Position numbers and translations under genes: made by a program
From: Octopus sinensis
Lineage: Eukaryota
Assembly (NCBI RefSeq): GCF_006345805.1
Contig: NC_043005.1
Span: 81,778,001-81,842,000, forward strand
Reading direction: 5' to 3'
Length of the DNA: 64,000 nt
Notes under the pieces: model-generated
The model's database searches: none
The model's input: only the letters and a program-made list of their open reading frames with translations
What the model was told of the DNA's origin: nothing
Shown here: positions 1 through 14,983 of the stretch, in pieces
Layout of the letters: each line of letters starts with the position of its first letter
Position numbering within the stretch: the stretch's first letter is position 1

Positions 1-315
1 GTGTATATATATCTATATATGTATATGTATGTATGTATATATATATATGTATATATATGTATGTATATATATATATGTATATATATGTATATATATATAT
101 GTATGTATATTATATATATATGTATATATATGTATATATATATATATATGTGTGTGTATATGTATATATATATATTTGTACGTATATATATATATTATAT
201 ATATATAATTTTATATATATATAATTTTATATATATATATGTGTGTGTATATATATATATATATATATAATGTATACACACACAGACACATATATACACA
301 GATACAATTAACATG

Positions 316-346
<31 letters not shown>

Positions 347-370
347 ATGTGTGTGCATGGGTGTGTGTAT
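1..370. repeat. Compound (TA)n/(TG)n/(CA)n microsatellite
   Basis: Directly visible dinucleotide array; the 60-90 aa Y/I/M/V/C ORFs here are its translations. Confidence 0.95.
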
Positions 371-989
371 ACGTACACAAAATATATATAATATACCGAT
401 AGCGTGGCCATTTATTTACTTCGTTGATCATTTATAGTAAGCCTCTGAACTGAACACTTTTACCTACCAATATCTTTTCTCATTTCAAATCAGTTCAACA
501 ATGAATCTGATCAGATTACTTCCATTGATACGACTATTGATGAAACTTTTAGTAGTTCGAAATTATTTCCCATAAAACTCATTTCTTCCAATCTCCAAAT
601 ATATTGCAGTCCATTTCTATCGCACTGTGCATTAAAATTTCATCTAATTGTTTCCCTATTGCAACGATTGTATGAATACAAAAGGTTTACTACATTACTC
701 TATTATAAAATCCAGTTTTAAATTTTGAGAATAAGGTTGTTATTCTATTCAGATTTACAATTTCAAATGGAAAACATCGAACTCTTAACATTAACGTTAA
801 CTGACCTGATAAATATCAATATTAGATGTACGCAAGTTTAAATTAAATATAGTATATTTTTTTATACAAGTGTCACACATTCAGACGGTTAATATCTGAT
901 TATCAGATATATTCGAACGATGCATTTTACTAAATATACACCACATATGTGCATCGGAGTGGGGAGAAGGAATCTACGGGAGAATATTT

Positions 990-1260
990 GTACTCAAGTG
1001 TCGGGACTACTGCTCTGAACTTTGGTATCAAATTAATAACCGAAGTTGAGGTAATTGATCGGTGCTACAACCGGAAAAATGCTTCAATGGAACAGCTGAG
1101 CTACTGGGAGAGACGAAAGAGCTACGACTCTATTCCATGGAACGAAAACAGGAGAGATATGCAGTAATGCAAGTATGGAAGATGCTGAGGTGTGCCACCA
1201 AAATTTGGCATTGAGAGCTATACCTACCCCGAAGTGGCCTCACTGCACTGCTCCGAACGT
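990..1260 (+). mobile_element. Decayed LINE fragment, C-terminal part of the RT region (CR1/L2-group type)
   Basis: Across frameshifts it reads RDYCSELW...LSYWER/KELRLYSMERKQERYAVMQVWKML. This matches the LDYCSQLW...LSYWERLxxLxLYSLERRRERYxIIxxWKIL motif of invertebrate CR1/L2-group LINEs. Confidence 0.7.
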
Positions 1261-1559
1261 CACACGCACACACACACCACACACATATATATATATCTAA
1301 TATATGTTATATAATAATATTATATATATATATATTATATATATCATATATATATACACGCACATATATATATATATATATGTATATAGGTAAACGGCAT
1401 CGAATTGGGAGGGGCATTAGGTCCCAGATACAAAGCCATGCTCTACCTCTGTACACTTTGATTAGACTAAGTCACACTGAAGTCAAATTTGCCTTTAATC
1501 TTTTCTTAGTCGGTAATTAATGTATATGTTTATATAGTGACAAATATTTGTGTTCACAT

Positions 1560-1730
1560 AAGCTCACTCTCTCCATAAAATTCGACATTATCTGTACAGA
1601 TGCATCTTGTGCCACATGTCAGGTGACGACATGATCGCAGAGCAACGAGAAATGAAGTGCTTTGCTTCTCAAGAACACAACGCGATCTCGCAATTGTGAG
1701 TGCAACACCTTAACCACTAAGCCATGCACC
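1560..1730 (-). mobile_element. Degenerate tRNA-derived SINE fragment
   Basis: Reverse complement begins gcatggcttagtggttaagg (A-box-like head), followed by a body like other copies (caagaacacaacgc, gaaatgaagtg). Confidence 0.5.
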
Positions 1731-3449
1731 ATACTCACATATACATATACATGTTAATGGATGGATGGAGAGGAGTATATTATTACAGGAATCTGCGTTC
1801 CTTCAGGTTAAAGGATGCATATATTACATGTATAAATGGCAGCAACGTAAATGTTATTAGATTACATACAAAAAAGTATGTGATGAATGTAAATGAGAAA
1901 CTTCATTATTTTTTTCTTTTTACAAATTCCAATTGAGGTAACTTTTTTTTTGAAACGTTATGTTGGCAAAATGTAATCATAAAGGAAAAGTCGAAAGTAC
2001 TATTTACCAAGAAGTGTGTCATTTGGTATACAACTAAATACACTACTACCAATTTTCATTTTCCCCCGTTTATTACCGTAACAAGCTCATATCTCTCTTC
2101 TCCTGTACTGGATTTGAAATTATATTCCATACGAATTCAAGGATTGCCGCGCAACCCTAGATAGTTATCAGAGTATGAAATACAACAATTTATCATTCAA
2201 ATGTTTCTTTCGCAACACGCGCACACACACATACACATACACACAAGCACGCACGCATGCACCCACACATACATTTGTATATTATGTGTGCATGTGCGTG
2301 TGTGGTTGTGTGTTTATGGGAAACTTAAGAAAGAATCGCTCAACATATGTGAATTGTTGTAGAAATATTTTGAGACTCAGATCCTCGCTACTCACAGTTT
2401 CACATACATCAAACCTAGATTTACGTTTCAGACTTTGTGGCCACGAAGTTCGAAGAAAGTTAAATGCTACTAGATGATATATAAATTCTGTGCCAATTCG
2501 ACAGTTCACGTAGAACGATAGCCTAAGAAGTCGGACGACCATTTTTTCACAACCGCTCTTTAATTTCTAACTATTACTGACTATCTATCCTGTCAAATAA
2601 TACAAGACTGGTTGTTTCCTCGTTATAAAATCCTGGAAAAAATTTTTGTGAAATTTAGCAAATATTTTCAAAATATTATGAACACTTCTTCAACATTGAT
2701 GATAACGGAATTTGCACAATATAGCAGTAGGATATGTTAGGTTTCTCCTTAAGGTACCCAGTGCATTTTTTTTAAATATATGCAGTATTTAAGAAATAAG
2801 CCCCTAGTTAATGGGATGCGGATATATAAGCCTAGATTTGTCGACTATTCACCATGTTACGCTAGACAAACATTTCCTTTATCAATAATTTTCCAAATGT
2901 CACTGGGATAAAGATATTACGGCCCCTGTCAGAGTAGCATGCAGATTCTGAGGAAAAGGCAGATAGAGCTAGATCTCTTTATAAATTAAATGGTTTGATT
3001 GCAGTATTTGCAAATACCTGCCCAGGATAAAAGGAACGTAGACAAAGCCTTTTCTTTGTCGTAACTGTGTCGTTGGAAAAAATGTTTTCTAGAAAGTTGT
3101 AATTTACCTTAATAATATGGATATTAAAACCACTGTGACTTTTATCTTTACTGGGAAGCAGTATCTAATCAGAAATATAATACTCCTATTCTTTTATTAA
3201 TGAAACCTCTGTTGAATGGAGATTGAATAAATAACATTTCCTCTTCCATACTCTTCCCTGGTCTAGAGAGTGGGATCCACTGTGTACATGAAATGCGGAA
3301 AGATAAAATATTCTAGTAATGGGGTGTATCTTTGTCGAACATAATTTTATCTAAAGAGCTCCTTTGTGATGGCGAAACCTATAAATGTAAAAGCGCTGAT
3401 CATATTTTTCTATAAAAAACATTACTTGCCTGACAGGAGTTCATGGCAT

Positions 3450-4000
3450 CCAAGATAACGCTTGAATGATTGGGAGCAATTGTTGCGTTAAACCCAAATT
3501 AGTTGTAACTTCATATCACGTCCGTCTGAAATCTGCCTCTTTATACTACCGCAAATTGTTAGGCTGTGATATCTGTAGAAGCCCGTGAATTATGCTAGTG
3601 CTTCATGCAGAAGTGAGGTCATTTCCATATCAACTAATGAACCAAACCATGCTGCCAAAGCATCCCTTGAATGCATCCACAGGTAGACCCATAGATGTCA
3701 CAGTTTATCTCTCGTGTAAAACCCAATTCCCAAAATTTTAATACAGATTTGATTCATTTGGTGAAGATTTAAGGAAGAAGCCCTGTCTTCTAAAGTAGTT
3801 TCAACAGCTACCGCACATATTTAAAAAAGAATCCTCCAACTTACACATTTTTATTAATGAAATGAAGAATATAAACGGCAGGGTCCTCGATATGCCCAAT
3901 AAACCCCTAAATAACATTCCCCACTCCATAATATAAGCTAGTAACTTTGTTGAGAATAAAGTCCACCGGATCACTTTCTAATACTCATCAAAATGTAACA
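3450..4000 (-). mobile_element. Possible highly decayed Tx1/L1-type LINE RT remnant
   Basis: Broken minus-strand frames give S*YGNDLT (compare SAYADDVT), YEVTT (compare YExVTGAKIN) and RQG..SP..LY in the expected order. Many stops and frameshifts. Confidence 0.3.
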
Positions 4001-5889
4001 GTTCTGGATCCCTAATCAAATTCAATTCCTACCTCTAAATATACGTTTATAAATATTTCAAAAGTCATGTATGTACGATAAATAAACTTTTATACACCAA
4101 CACCCATTTTATTTTCGGAAAGGCCAGCAGGATTAATCCAATGGAAGTGTAACACAGTAATTATAAAGCAATTGCGTGGTATTCACCAAGTGTAATATAG
4201 AGATGCTTTTTCTTTTCATGACATTGTTCGATTCCTCTAAGTTCGATATTGAGTATAGTGTAAGTAATGTTTCATTGAAGATTATTCCTTCAATAACATT
4301 AGACTTTACGGAAATAAATGAAACAAATCGTATACTGATTATTTTATGTTTAATGCGGCGAGCTATTTCATACAGTTCTGTCTGTCACATATAGTTTGGT
4401 TTTTGGTTCGACTCGCGGCAAATGTCAGCTGTCAGCCAGCCATCTTTTGTTTGAAGAATGGTCTATTGTGATCTATATATGCTTGTATAAGATGCTATGG
4501 CATGATTTGAAGGAGGTTTACCTCCTAGTTATTGCAGGTCGAATGTCACCAATTACATGTTATCTCATTGGCTCTTACGGTACTTGTTTCACTTGTAGAT
4601 GAATGATATCAATGAATATGAAATGTCGCTACCACAGATCAAATATAATCATGTTGGTTACAGGAAATACACAGTTAATGGTTTCTTACGGATGTTAGTT
4701 CTATGTTAAAGATTCGCCCTACTGAATTTTCATACTTAATTTCTATCGAATATAAATTAACATGGAAATAGGAAAGAATTTCGGTAAACATTGCAACCGA
4801 TGCTTTTGACCATCTATAATACTTGAAGTGACACAACATGTCATGTCATGAAGGTTTTCCAATTTTCTCAATCTTTGATGCATGAGCATTATACTACGTG
4901 TCCGTGTCACGCATTGTAGATTTTCAGATTAACTCGATTTTAATTAGCAGCTATCGATTGCTCAATCATTTTAATATTAATGTGTTTACCAAGCGAGTGA
5001 CAGGTGATCAGTTAATTTGAATAAACAACTTCCTCATCGACTAATCTCAGCGATGAAAATCACAGTATACATGATAGGAATATCAAATGTATTTATTATG
5101 TTATTTTACTTTCAGCTTCCTGTACGCATGCCTCATTGCATATTTTAAGATTTTCCAGAATTCCAAATTCTATTTTCTAAACATCGATATAATAGACTAG
5201 CTGCAGGCGAGATCTAAATAGTAGGATATACGTTACATGCATGCTAATACTACGATGCGATTTCAATTCAACTTAATTAATTTTACCTGAATTACACTTC
5301 GGCAAATACAACAACAATATAACTTACTACGTTTTCCTTCATTTAAATTGTAGGGCTTTGCTGCCAAGTCAAAATGGAACTTATATTTAACCCTCAAGAT
5401 GCCGAAGTTTTAGCAATCAATAGTACATTCAGAATATTTTATTAGGCGGAAAGTCCCTATTAACTCTGCAAATCATATTCAAGAAAGAGAATTTCCCGAC
5501 ATTACCAAGATTCTTAGCAGCGTGATGTGTGTGCGAAATAAAATCACTGCAACGGCCGAAACCACTCATCTGGTGGTGGGGTTGGTTTATAGTTAATCTC
5601 TTACATAATAACACAATAACATACCTCTGACATGGCTTGGTACTGGAATGTGATAATATAATGATGTTAGCTTTTGAATACGTAAAGGCTGAAATAAGAG
5701 AGCTTTATCAAATAAACCTAGAACAATGAAAGGCTGTTAAACACAGAAGATGCCTGTGTTTCATTGGAAACGTGTAGCATAGAGACACTGATTTTTAAGA
5801 AGAAAAATTCAATGTCTCTAACAACCTAGGAAAATTTAATATATAGGAACGAAACCTTTTCTAGATTATTATTATTATAATAATTACAA

Positions 5890-6400
5890 GCTGCTGGCTG
5901 AATCATGAGCGTATTGGCAAAATACTTAACGGAATTTTCCGCCGGCGTTTTGCGTTTCGGGTTCAAATCCCACCGTTTCGTCTCTTCAGTTCATCTCTTC
6001 AGGTGTCGATGATATAAGTGACGTTGTAGTACTTGGATCAATGTAATCGATTTCCGCCACCCCTCAATAACTGCTGGCCCTGTACCAAAATTTTAAACTG
6101 TTATTATAATTACTATTAGCTGGTCGAATCGTTAACAGATCGGACTAAATGCTTAGCGGCATTTCCTCCGGGTTTTACGTTCTGGATTTAAATTCCGCTG
6201 AGGTTTATTTTGAAACATGACCTTCTTCAAATCGATAAAATAAGTATTATTTGAAAACTGGGGCCGATGTAATCGATTAGTCACCTTCCTCAATATTCCA
6301 GGACCTGCGCTTGGATGAAAAGTAAAGTCAACCTCGGCTGAATTTGAACTCAGAATGTAAAGACGGAAGAAATGCAGCTAAAATATTTTGTTAACGATTC
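5890..6400. mobile_element. Cluster of three degenerate SINE family A copies (two +, one partial -)
   Basis: gctggctgaatc...ttagc...gttcaaat...ccgc motifs at about 5890-6100 and 6115-6310; reverse copy ctcggctgaatttgaactcagaa at about 6315-6400. Confidence 0.7.
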
Positions 6401-9400
6401 TGTCTTAAATGTAATTGCAAAAATATTGAGGCACAAAACACTGCATCTTACTGCTTTTTTATGGGGACGAAGATGGTATCTTTCTATCATTGCTGCAGAA
6501 GGCCATTATAGATGATGCATTATGAAATATATTTGATTGAAATGAGAGAAGAAAAATAAGAAGAAAACATGCAGTTCTCTCTGTCCATCAATCCTGTACC
6601 CTGTTCTCGTTGTTGTATAGTGAGTGCTGTTATATAATGTACTTCGTATGACAATTGTATGGAGATTGAAGCAAAAGCTAAAAGCAAAAGACGACAGGAT
6701 ATTACATACGCTTATCATTCAGAACTGACTTGTAGCCTTTCATCTCCAATGAAATGTGATTGATTGGTAAAATAGAGATTCTTTTACGCTGACAAAATGT
6801 GCTCTATTTTTATTTTTTACAAAGAAAAACAAATCATTGTGGCGTTCATATAACAAAGTGATATGGTTTCAACCGAAAACTGAAAGGATTTCGAACATAT
6901 ACCTGTTAGTTGTACATAGTTTTTGCATTAATGAGGCGTACGATAAATTTAAAACGTGTCATAATTGAATATTTCTCAAGTCCTAAAATCCTTTGAACAT
7001 CTCTCAATAGCGTTCCCAAGAGATTATCAACAAAATGTCATCACAAATATTCATGTTATCATTCTAAACCCAGTTGCTAACGTCAAAGTTAAAATGGACC
7101 ATGGTACAAACTGCCTAAAACTGACTTAAACAACCAATGCATTAGATAATATTAAGAGAGGCACAAAATCCTATTTTCCTCGAGGTTCCCGAAGTCCATT
7201 TGGAAAAATATTTAAATTACTTATTTTGCGTATAATGTGTTGTGTCTGATTCCTATTCAACTATGCTGAATGGGTTAACTAGAGAAAAGGTTTCGTAATC
7301 AAAGCCGCCATGGGTTTCCCAGTTGAAGTAGTATATGTTATATACACAACTATGGACTGGTTCTTTATTTCAAGTCGTACCACCGAACGTATCTATTTAT
7401 CACTCTCTATCTATCTTTCTATCTGTTTGTCAGTCTATATATGTGTGTGTGTGTGGGGGTGTATGTATTACATTCCAGTATATTACAATTACATTTTAAT
7501 ATCTATTTTATTTCAAATTAATTTTGAACAGTTTAAAGACTGTATCTAACAAATATGAAATTTTGAAAAGTTGTAGAATAAATTTGCATTCCGTTGATAT
7601 TGCTTACCCCTGCGTCACTTGTGATTAAATAGACTCAATTTTCATCGGAGGCTTTGGACATGAGTGTGTCTTGTATTTACAAACAACGCAACGAGCGCTG
7701 CGTCGTATGTTGTTTCCTTCCTGTTTAATACGATGAGATGCTAATTTAGAACTATCTGACTGCTATTTATGACAATGAAATACATATAGACACTGATTTA
7801 TTGCATTTCAAAATTTATACTGTTAGCGATGTTTGCAAATTTTGTTGACAAAATAACTTTACGAAATTTGAAGTATATGATGATATACGTATCTTAATCG
7901 ACTCGCCAAAATTAACAGAAGCATGATTGAAACTGCATAGTTGCTAAATTACAAAGGTATACTGCTAGAATTCAAGTACGAGGTTTTATGGTATTGTATA
8001 AACTCCTTCCTCTAAATTTGCTGGACTTTTGCCATAATTTGGAATAGTTATTTTTAATATATATGACTCAACACAAACAATGCCAGCTTATGATAAAGTC
8101 GAGTGGACAAATCCGAAAACGACCTTAACTATTTGATTAAGTTTGCTACGTACGAACTTAAAAGCAACTCTGATAGTATTTGAAGTACAAGACCAGTAGC
8201 TATGTGACCAAGTAAAGTAATGATATCTTCCAACCTTCGCAGATCGTACATTTTGAGATTCTGCCTAAACAAAATCTATTAGCAAAATAGGAGAAATAAA
8301 AGAACAGAGAAAGTTAATATTTGTATTATATTTTGGCAATGGACACAGACTTTTATACGAGCTGTACTTGAATTTGTTTCATTAATAGATTTTTCTTCTT
8401 GCACAAGATTAGTGAAAATGGCTTCAAATAAGAATCAAATCCACTTTGTCGTTTCAGCTCAACACGAATTCTTTCTTTCGGCTAAGGCATTCTTTTTAAG
8501 AAAATGACGATAGCGCTCTTTCGGAAATGAAACGTTATATTTAATTATTTGTTCTTAACTTCGACAGAAATTCTAAATTGAAAAGAGCGGTTCGTTTGTA
8601 CAAAAAATACGACCAACCCATCCAACAACAACATATGATTAGAAATGCTGTTATAATGAAAAACATACAAATATAACATAAAAGCAGGGAGTACACACAG
8701 CAATGGTATTTACACTGTCTCCTACACACGGATATTTCCAAATCTCAAGAGAAGATATATAGATATATCGTTTTATCTTGATTCATTCTAAGCGTACTTA
8801 GACCCATAATAGTTTACGATAAAATAGTGATTATATTCGCTTTTAGATGTAATCTACTCCGAATCGCAGACATCTGAAAAAAAGAGAGAGATTGCTCTAA
8901 ATGAACTATTTAATAGATGTGAAGAGATGTTAGAAGACAGACAAAGAGAGGGAGCCAACGTAATTTACTGTCGTAAGCAAGTGTTCGATAGCTGAACAAA
9001 AGGCACTTAACGTCTTAGATTGAAATAATGATTTTCTCAGTAAACGGATAATCGTTCATGACAAGCTGAAAAGTTGTTACGATATTCGATAACTGCCAAC
9101 CAACCAATCAGCCAACCTATCATTGACGCCAGGTGACATTTTGTAATATAACCATAGCAACGCATTTGATATGAAACTTAACTCAGATGATCCAATGAGA
9201 GGATGTTCCACTGTCAATCTACATGCTAGAAATAGCAACCGAATATTCCGCAATCACATTCCGATGACATAATCAAGGGAAATATATATTAGATAATGCA
9301 TAACCTTTAGATTTGCTTTTACGTCGAAACATTCATTATGCTGGTAATAAGTTGTTTAATTACTTAACCGATTAATTAATCGAATGTTTCATGAAACATT

Positions 9401-12400
9401 CTGACAATTATTCAATCAACGAGTATTTGACAAAGTCCTTTCGACGCTATTCGCGTCAGTGACATGCATTCTCCACTCCTTATGAAATAAATAGTAAAAC
9501 AGTGAAATCGAGCCAGGGCGTGTGTTTATTATTAGCCTTATGACCCACCAGAAGTACAACAAAATGTGTGTCAATACACGAGTTTATATGAAGTATCTCG
9601 CGACATGCACTCCTACCACACAGCCTTAAATAAGACGTGTTTATAGTTGGAATGGTTTTGAACGTAGGTCAGTTTGATCAAAGTTAACCCATGAATAACA
9701 GACTCAAATATACGCTGGCACCCCGCTGTGTACCAACAAAATGACGTGACTAAGATAACACAGTGCGAAGTGAATGACTCCATTTTGTTTAGTTCATGCT
9801 ATTTGTTTGCTCAATTATAGCCAGTCTGCAGTTTTGCTTTCATCTAAACGGATTTGATCAAATAAGTATCAGTATCTATTATATGAATCGATCAGACGCC
9901 GATAATTAACTCTCTGTGTTTATACTGAATACAATAAATCCATTGTTAAGATCTATGATAAGCATACTATAATAAAATCCATTGTTAACATGCTACAAAA
10001 GCGGAGATGCATTTTATGTCTTAATAAAGGATTGATTCTAGTGTATATTATCATTTCCGGTTCTATATTAACGGTGTAACGTTTCAATTTGTTTTCGTTT
10101 TTGCTTTTGGCGCCAGGTCAACTGTATATAAGCCGTAACCATGCTGTGTAGTTATGGATATATAGAACCACATAATCTCTTACGTTATGCCCGAATTTAA
10201 GATGTTAGCGATTAATTTTCGAGAACAGCGGTAGCTGCTTGTTGCAAGTGGCGAAATCAAACAGAATATCTTCCATTGGGTCACGTTCTTGAATGATGAG
10301 TGACGTGTAAAAGTAACGAGGACAATGGTTTTAAAATTTAAATATAATTTTATAAATTTATGAAACACTATTATTTACTCAATCCCACGAATCCGTAAAG
10401 CTGGTATTTATCTGGAACGATAATCCATTAACTCCCCTGAAGTGCATTATTCATGGACACAACAATTTACCAATCACGGAATACGCACCACAAATATACC
10501 GACTCTATGTTAGGATATCTGCATCTTCTACAAATTACTCAACCGCTTTTATTAGAATTACAACGAGAACCACTACAGAATAATTAAATCCAGGGACATA
10601 TTTTAATAGCTCCATATTTTATCGAACACTAACTAAACGGTAAAACACATATTCAAATGTCCAGGATTTATAAAATGTAAACTATATACAGGTGCTTTTC
10701 TGAGAGAGTATTATAATAAAGTATCGTTTTAAAGACGTGTGCATATATTGATGCTACGTTTGAATGGCAGAAGTAGCCGCATTTAATTTTATGCACTTTA
10801 AGGTGTGCACATAAAAATAGTGAAGCGGCTTCACCACTCGATAAAATATTCATAAATGCTATTTTATATGAGGCTAGATTTTATTTGCACTGGAACAGAG
10901 ACAAGAATAAACTTGTAATAGTGAAAGTTACAATTTAGTCTTAAATTTCAAGCAATATGATATATTTGACGACCTTCGTATTAGTATAAACTGACAGTTA
11001 CAAATATAGTCTCTTGCTGTTTTATCACTTTATGTATGAAAGTTGAGAGTCTGTGTGGTCTTATCGGTATTAAACTGTGATCTTTGTTATGACACATATC
11101 TTTATTTTGAGTCATTCTGTCAACCAAGATGTATGCAGTACCACAAATAATATTACATAAAATGGTCGAAACTTTAATTAGCTAATCCTCAGGCACCATA
11201 TTTCCATAAAAAGAATTAGATATAATGTTCTTATTTAATGAATAAATATGAATTGATAATTGTTGAAACGTTGGGTAAATTTCAGCTCAATGTGATATAG
11301 CTCTCAGAGAAACACATGCTTCTTAAGCCTGTTTGAAATAAGTCATATTCTCCTCAAAACGGAAGGAGGATACATTGTAAGAAGGTAAGATGGACCAGTG
11401 CGATAATAAGTCTGCTTGGTCAAACGTAATATGGGTTAAACAGAAAAAAATAACCTTAATAAAATATTTCGGAAACATATGGTTATATAAACAACACAAA
11501 GAAGAGAAACATCTCGGTCTTAGTAGATTAATGCTCAATATTCATATTCTCATGTACACACATGGCAAAATATTTTATAATAAACAGAAGTATTATTGCA
11601 GTACATTTCAGGTATTACATAATGTAATCTGGAAAATATTATTAACGATCCTTCATATTGATATGAAAATCATTCTTGTATATGAAAATTAAATTCTATA
11701 CGAGCAGTATAATTCGGACTCGCGGGTATAGAGTAGGTAAAACAAACAAAAATTTCAAATCATGGAAAGATAGTTATGTTAGTTTCAACCACTGATTAAA
11801 CGAAAAAATAAAGAAAAAAAAAAAACGAAATAGCAATAATTGTACATATCAAAAATACAAGCGTAATTTCAAATTTAAGATGAGTGAATCAATATTTTTA
11901 TGAATTGATCTTTGACTCACTGAAATATGTTTTATTTGACATTTCATTCTTTCCATTCCTGATCTTGTCTTATGCGTTCATTTTCATGTTTTCAAAAGCT
12001 ACGAATCCATAGTTCATCGAGATATAAGCTGCTTAAAATCTAGTTTACCCACAAATCTGATTATATATGTTTTTGTTACCAATACAAAATGGAATTATTT
12101 TATTTCTCTTCGATAAAGATTTCGAAAGTATGCTTACATTAGACAGTCTTCTTTTTGCAAAGATGTATTGCAATTAATACACTAACATTCTATACATAAC
12201 GATTACCGTTAAATTCATTTGTATTCTCAATATTGCTTACCTAAAACACTTTATTATTGTGATAGTGGATATTGAAAAATATCAATTCTGATATTCAATG
12301 CAATATTTGATTATCACTTACATTGCAAAATATAAAGAATTCCTCTCCAAAGCTAAGAATTAATTCTCAACACTCGATATCTACAAATCTATATAGCAAA

Positions 12401-12429
12401 GAATATAACGTTAATAATTTAATAATATA

Positions 12430-13030
12430 TTTTATATATATGCGAAGGTATTTGAGTTGTACACTTGCATTCTCGATCAGGTGTAAAAAAAGCGACAACA
12501 GGATGAATATAAGAAAACGAACCCACGTATATCCACGCATATCCTAAATAGCGTGCTCGCACTTGAGTCATCTTGTCCAGCCATCAGCACAATGATATCT
12601 ACTGTTCAAAGTAAAAATATTGCCTCTCATCTACTTCCAAATACTCTTGATTTTCCACAACTTCTAAATCCACCCTTCATATAAATTAAACATAAATCTC
12701 TGCATTTATTCTACCGTTTAGTTTTCCTTGCAAGTGTAGTTTCCTTTAATACATTCCCTTCTTATAGATATTAGAAGAGCAAAGAGAACAAAAACAGTGC
12801 GGTTCAATCATTTGTTTCTAAAACTCCTTTAATAAACATAATAGAAAAGCTTGTAAGCCAAACCTTAGAATATTTATGTTTCTTGTCAAGAGAAGGCAAA
12901 TAGAATCGGAAAAGTTACCACACCTTATGTATGCACTGCAAGATTTATTTCTGCACTTATAAATCCTGAATTCAAATGACATTATTACTGACTTTGCATT
13001 TCTTAGCACAACACCACTGCAATGAAATAA
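12430..13030 (-). mobile_element. Possible decayed RTE-type LINE RT remnant
   Basis: Minus-strand fragments CSAYIRCG..SDSIC, DLEVVENQEYL, VRAR...AW and RMQVYNS occur in the order of RTE RT C-terminal motifs (CSxCxxGVGxNSIxC, LEVVDxFCYLG, ARIRxAW, KGxVY). Heavily disrupted. Confidence 0.3.
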
Positions 13031-13540
13031 ATACATATACATGTATGTATGTACGTACGTATGAATGAATATATGTATATGTATTTATGCATGCATGCAT
13101 GTATGTATCTTGTATGCATGTACGTATGTATGTACGTATGTGTTTATGTACGTACGTATGTATGTACATATGGAAATAATTCGATCCCAATATATGAAAT
13201 CAGTTTTATACAGTTCATCTATATATATATATAATATCGGTAATGATGCAGAAAGTAATATGTAGATTATAATTACGTCTTACATGTCTAGTGTGGCACT
13301 TCTTCCTTAATGGTTTCTAGAAACAATCCCCACTGATGTAAAAATCAATACTAGTAATAAGACAAGGTAGGTGCTTGTACGTAAATATTTGAAGCAAAAT
13401 AAAGCAACCTAACTTATCGTTAAGCACATCTTCGTATCTTACCAGAAGACGCTTTTGATAGAATAGCCCTAGGTTTACTCAGAGACGAAATAATAGAAAG
13501 TGATGGTTTCAATTCGTTATATCATAGCCTACGTCCTAAA

Positions 13541-13771
13541 GGCGACGAGCTGGCAGAAACGTTAGCACGCCGGGCAAAATGCGTAGCCGTATTTCGTCTG
13601 CTGTTACGTTCTGAGTTCAAATTCCGCCGAGATCGACTTTGCCTTTCAACCTCTTGGGGTCGATAAATTAAGTACCAGTTACGCACTGAAGTCGATATAA
13701 TCGACTTAATACGTTTGTCTGTCCTTGTGTGTTTCTCTCTGTGTTTAGCCACTTGTGGGTAGTAAATAAAT
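13541..13771 (+). mobile_element. Full-length SINE family A with imperfect ~18-bp target-site duplication
   Basis: Head ggcgacgagctggcagaaacgttagc, B-box-like gttcaaattcc, tail cttgtgggtagtaaa. Flanks are tatcatagcctacgtccta (13520-13538) and tatcatagctacgaccta (13772-13789). Confidence 0.9.
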
Positions 13772-14489
13772 TATCATAGCTACGACCTATCACTGCCGGT
13801 TTGCTGTTGAAGGATGTAAAATCATTAACTACTAATATTCTAAGACTGACGACTGAATGGAAAATTCTCTACACTACACTTATCTTGGGAGAATCATCTC
13901 TAAACAAGAAATAATTTATACAAAAAGCAATTAAGTTGCTCCATTTCAATAGGTTACGTCGCTAAAATGCATATTATGTATTTCTTATGCTCGTTTTCAT
14001 TAATAGTTAATTAAAGTCAGATAATTAAAACTTATTGTGCATTTTATGTTCAGTCCTGATTTTACAGTCATGAAATTTTAAATATCATGCCTGGAAATCA
14101 ATCACTCATTATTATTCGAGGCAGTATGTGAAGCAGAAACATTCACAGCATAATGATAATTGCCTAAAAGAAACGAAGGTATTTCACCTTTTAGAAATAA
14201 ACAACTTCATTTAAATTAATAAAACAATCTTAAAAATACGAACTCTATGAATAAATATTGTTGCGTCCTATGATATATCGACGGCTTCATATTTACAGCA
14301 ATATATTTAAGAGGGAAAAAACATCATGAAAACGTCTGCCAATGAACCAACATATAGCTGGGAAATGAATGGGATGTATGAGGCTCACATGCATATACAT
14401 ACATGCATATAGACAGAGGCAGAGGTAAATATTGAAATTCCAATGAAGGAGCCTTGGAACTAGGTTTGAAAGCGGCTCTTTCAAGAAAT

Positions 14490-14549
14490 ATTCAAATAAA
14501 CTGAATAATGACATACATACATATATTACTCTCAGACACACGTATACAT

Positions 14550-14580
<31 letters not shown>

Positions 14581-14673
14581 CAAATATATATAAATTTATA
14601 AATATATATATATGTATATATACATACATGCATATATATATATACATATATACATACATGAATACATATATAC

Positions 14674-14714
<41 letters not shown>

Positions 14715-14779
14715 TATATATACATCCATATGTATATATATGTATATATTTATATATATATACATATATACATAAATGA

Positions 14780-14812
<33 letters not shown>

Positions 14813-14886
14813 AACAAATCAAATTGCGATAATATAAAAATAATTATATCGCTGGTATATATATATATAAATGAATACATGTATAC

Positions 14887-14921
<35 letters not shown>

Positions 14922-14983
14922 CATATATATATATTATATATATATACATATATATATATACATATATACATAATGAATACATG
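14490..14983. repeat. (TA)n/(CA)n compound microsatellite (interrupted at 14811-14858)
   Basis: Directly visible. Confidence 0.9.

Noticed and set aside
8400-8750. Acceptor-like sites followed by short open frames
   Set aside because: Frames close within 26-36 codons with no recognisable protein or donor site.
11390-11692. 100-aa plus ORF
   Set aside because: AT-rich composition with no motif; consistent with a chance ORF.
13845-13875. CTGACGA-ctgaatg-GAAA-AT-TC
   Set aside because: Helix II is essentially absent and helix I is only 3 bp; expected by chance.
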